A stretch of DNA of 63,888 bases, counting the filler, from Octopus bimaculoides (taxonomy: Eukaryota): the NCBI RefSeq assembly GCF_001194135.2. It is 4 parts of 4 records of this genome, joined end to end, with 100 filler letters (N's around TTAATTAATTAA, not from the genome) between each part and the next. Parts side by side here need not be neighbours in the genome. Positions count along the whole stretch, not along the records: positions 60,530 to 63,888 come from NC_068982.1; 3 more parts are not named here. One strand, written 5' to 3'. Both the position numbers and the translations under genes were made by a program. Position 1 is the first letter of the stretch, and every line of letters begins with the position of its first letter. This document shows, piece after piece, positions 60,530 to 63,888 of the stretch. The notes under the pieces were generated by a model. That model was given only the letters and a program-made list of their open reading frames with translations. It was not told the DNA's origin and ran no database searches.

Positions 60530-63468
60530 TAGGGTTAGGGTGAGGGTTAGTGTTAGGGTTAGGGTTAGGGTTAAGGTTAGGGTTAGCGTTATGGTTAAGG
60601 TTAGGGTTAGGGTTAGGGTTAGCGTTAGGGTCAGGGTTAGGGTTAGGTTTAGCGTTTAGCGTTAGGGTTAGGGTTAGGGTTAGGGTTAGGTTTAGCGTTA
60701 GGGTTAGGGTTAGGGTTAGGGTTAGAGTTATTGTTAGCGTTAGCGTCAGGGTTAGGGTTAGGGATAGGGTTAGCGTTAGGGTTAGCGTTATTGTTCGGGT
60801 TAGCGTTAGNNNNNNNNNNNNNNNNNNNNNNNNNNNNNNNNNNNNNNNNNNNNNNNNNNNNNNNNNNNNNNNNNNNNNNNNNNNNNNNNNNNNNNNNNNN
60901 NNNNNNNNNNNNNNNNNNNNNNNNNNNNNNNNNNNNNNNNNNNNNNNNNNNNNNNNNNNNNNNNNNNNNNNNNNNNNNNNNNNNNNNNNNNNNNNNNNNN
61001 NNNNNNNNNNNNNNNNNNNNNNNNNNNNNNNNNNNNNNNNNNNNNNNNNNNNNNNNNNNNNNNNNNNNNNNNNNNNNNNNNNNNNNNNNNNNNNNNNNNN
61101 NNNNNNNNNNNNNNNNNNNNNNNNNNNNNNNNNNNNNNNNNNNNNNNNNNNNNNNNNNNNNNNNNNNNNNNNNNNNNNNNNNNNNNNNNNNNNNNNNNNN
61201 NNNNNNNNNNNNNNNNNNNNNNNNNNNNNNNNNNNNNNNNNNNNNNNNNNNNNNNNNNNNNNNNNNNNNNNNNNNNNNNNNNNNNNNNNNNNNNNNNNNN
61301 NNNNNNNNNNNNNNNNNNNNNNNNNNNNNNNNNNNNNNNNNNNNNNNNNNNNNNNNNNNNNNNNNNNNNNNNNNNNNNNNNNNNNNNNNNNNNNNNNNNN
61401 NNNNNNNNNNNNNNNNGGCTAGGGTTAGCGTTAGGGTTAGGGTTAAGGTTAGGGTAAGGGTTAGGGTTAGGTTTAGGGTTAGGGTTAGGGTTAGGTTTAG
61501 GGTTAGCGTTATGGTTAAGGTTAGGTTTACGGTTAGGGTTATTGTTAGTGTTAGGGTTAGGGTTAGGGTTACGGTTAGGGTTAGCGTTAGGGTTAGGGTT
61601 ACGGTTAGGGTTACGGTTAGGGTTAGCGTTAGGGTTAGGGTAAGGGTTAGGGTTAGGGTTAATGTTAGGGTTAGCGTTAGGGTTACGTTTAGGGTTAGCG
61701 TTAGAGTTAGGGTTAGCGTTAGGGTTAGGGTTAGGGTTAGGGTTAGCCGTAGGGTTAGGGTTAGGTTTAGGGTTAGGTTTAGTGATAGGGTTAAGGTTAG
61801 GGTTAGGTTTAGTGTTAGTGTTAGGGTTATGGTTAGGGTTAGGGTTAGGGTCAATGTTTGGGTTAGGTTTAGGTTAGAGTTAATGTTAGGGATAGGTTTA
61901 GGTTTAGGGTTAGGGTTAGGGTTACGGTTACGGTTATGGTTAGTGTTAGCGTTATGTTTAGGGTTAGGGTTAGGTTTAGGGTTAGGGTTAGCGTTAGGGT
62001 TAGGGTTAGGGTTAGGGTTAGGATTTGTGTTAGGTTTAGGGTTAGGGTTAGGGTTAGGTTTAGGTTATGTTTAGGGTTAGGTTTAGGGATAGGATTAGGT
62101 TTAGGGTTAGGGTTAGGTTTACCCTTTGCGTTTGGGTTAGGGTTAAGTTAAGGGTTAAGGTTAGTGTTAAAGATTAGGGTTAGGGTTAAGTTTAGGGTTT
62201 GCGTTAGGTTTAGGCTTAGGGTTAGGTTTAGGTTTAGTGTTAGGGTTAGGGTTAGGGTTAGGGTTAGGGTTAGGGTTAGGGTTAGGGTTAGGGTTAGGTT
62301 TAGGTTTAGTGTTAGTGGTAGGGTTAGGTTAAGTGATTAGGTTTAAGGTTTGGGTTAGGGTTAGGGTTAGGGTTANNNNNNNNNNNNNNNNNNNNNNNNN
62401 NNNNNNNNNNNNNNNNNNNNNNNNNNNNNNNNNNNNNNNNNNNNNNNNNNNNNNNNNNNNNNNNNNNNNNNNNNNNNNNNNNNNNNNNNNNNNNNNNNNN
62501 NNNNNNNNNNNNNNNNNNNNNNNNNNNNNNNNNNNNNNNNNNNNNNNNNNNNNNNNNNNNNNNNNNNNNNNNNNNNNNNNNNNNNNNNNNNNNNNNNNNN
62601 NNNNNNNNNNNNNNNNNNNNNNNNNNNNNNNNNNNNNNNNNNNNNNNNNNNNNNNNNNNNNNNNNNNNNNNNNNNNNNNNNNNNNNNNNNNNNNNNNNNN
62701 NNNNNNNNNNNNNNNNNNNNNNNNNNNNNNNNNNNNNNNNNNNNNNNNNNNNNNNNNNNNNNNNNNNNNNNNNNNNNNNNNNNNNNNNNNNNNNNNNNNN
62801 NNNNNNNNNNNNNNNNNNNNNNNNNNNNNNNNNNNNNNNNNNNNNNNNNNNNNNNNNNNNNNNNNNNNNNNNNNNNNNNNNNNNNNNNNNNNNNNNNNNN
62901 NNNNNNNNNNNNNNNNNNNNNNNNNNNNNNNNNNNNNNNNNNNNNNNNNNNNNNNNNNNNNNNNNNNNNNNNNNNNNNNNNNNNNNNNNNNNNNNNNNNN
63001 NNNNNNNTTAGGGTTAGGGTTAGGGTTAGGGTTAGGGTTAGGGTTAGGGTTAGGTTTAGGGTTAGGGTTAGCGTTAGGGTTAGGGTTAGGGTTAGGGTTA
63101 GGGTTAGTGTCAGGGTGAGGGTTATTGTTAGTTTAGGGTTAGGGTTAGGTTTAGGTTTAGGGTAATGATTAGATTTAGGTTTAGGGATAGGGTTAGGTTT
63201 AGAGCTAGGGTTAGGGTTAGGGTTAGGTTTAGGGTTAGTTAGTGTTAGGGTTAGGGTTAGCGTTAGGGTTAGTGTTAGGATTAGCATTAGGTTTAGCGTT
63301 AGCTTTATCGATGGGGTTAGGGTTAAGGTTAGGGTTATTGTTAGGTTTATGGCTAGGTTTGGGTTAAAGTTAGGTATAGTGTTTGGGTTAGGGTTAGGGT
63401 TAGGGTTAAGGTTGTGGTTAGGGTTAGGGTTAGGGTTAGGTTTAATGTTAGGGTTAGGGTTAGGGTTA
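60530..63468 (+). repeat. Degenerate (TTAGGG)n telomeric-type array with two N gaps
   Basis: Hundreds of TTAGGG units mixed with TTAGCG, TTAGTG, TTACGG, TTAAGG and TTTAGG variants, followed 3' by AT-rich non-telomeric sequence. Confidence 0.95.
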
Positions 63469-63888
63469 CACAAATTATTTAGAAAATAATGATGTTATAC
63501 CATAATTATTTTTGAATTGATTTGAATCATTTGCTTGATCTCAACACTTCTAAGATCAACGGTTGTATATCATCTCAAGTCTTTTTATCTTGCTGTGCAT
63601 GTTTTCATAGGTCAACTATGAAAATTGTATTTGAATTTTTTCTAGTTTTTTTTGTCTGCATATTACTAATAATGATAATAATAATAATAATAATAAGGCC
63701 CCGATGAGATGTGGTATCCCATATTTTATAATATTTTGTAATATTTAATAATATGCACGAATCGATCTGGATATTGCATCGAAATGTTCATAGGTCATTT
63801 TCATTATTATTATTATCATAATATAATATTTTCAATGGATCAGTTTTAAGCTCTCTTTAAAGTCGATATATATATATATATATATATA

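Noticed and set aside
60550-63473. Long LGLG/VRVR/PNPN/LTLT ORFs
   Set aside because: Translations of telomeric hexamers and N gaps.

Overview
Eukaryotic, AT-rich, microsatellite-dense draft-assembly sequence. The SINE/LINE families and repeat landscape resemble an octopod cephalopod (inference, not checked by search). The window is not one locus. It is four pieces joined by artificial 100-bp spacers (44 N + TTAATTAATTAA + 44 N) at 23642-23741, 54616-54715 and 60430-60529. Piece 1 (1-23641) holds two phase-0 exons of coatomer subunit beta (COPB1) around a ~19.4-kb intron. That intron contains a TTAA-flanked dead piggyBac, RTE and HERO LINE fragments, a fold-back mariner derivative, SINEs and several hammerhead-ribozyme-like motifs, the best at 18728-18791. 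Piece 2 (23742-54615) has no recognisable host gene. It holds an LTR with a perfect 7-unit heat-shock element plus TATA/Inr/polyA/PBS, and an R4/Dong-like LINE flanked by (TACA)n. It also holds an ORF1-only (HAL1-like) retroelement inserted in a SINE that shares its 3' tail, a 386-bp palindrome, Gypsy, mariner, HERO and Penelope remnants, and a second near-intact hammerhead. Piece 3 (54716-60429) holds two SLC22-family transporter exons with inverted SINE clusters in the intron. Piece 4 (60530-63888) is a degenerate (TTAGGG)n array oriented as an interstitial rather than terminal array. Most long ORFs in the supplied track are microsatellite or N-gap artefacts.
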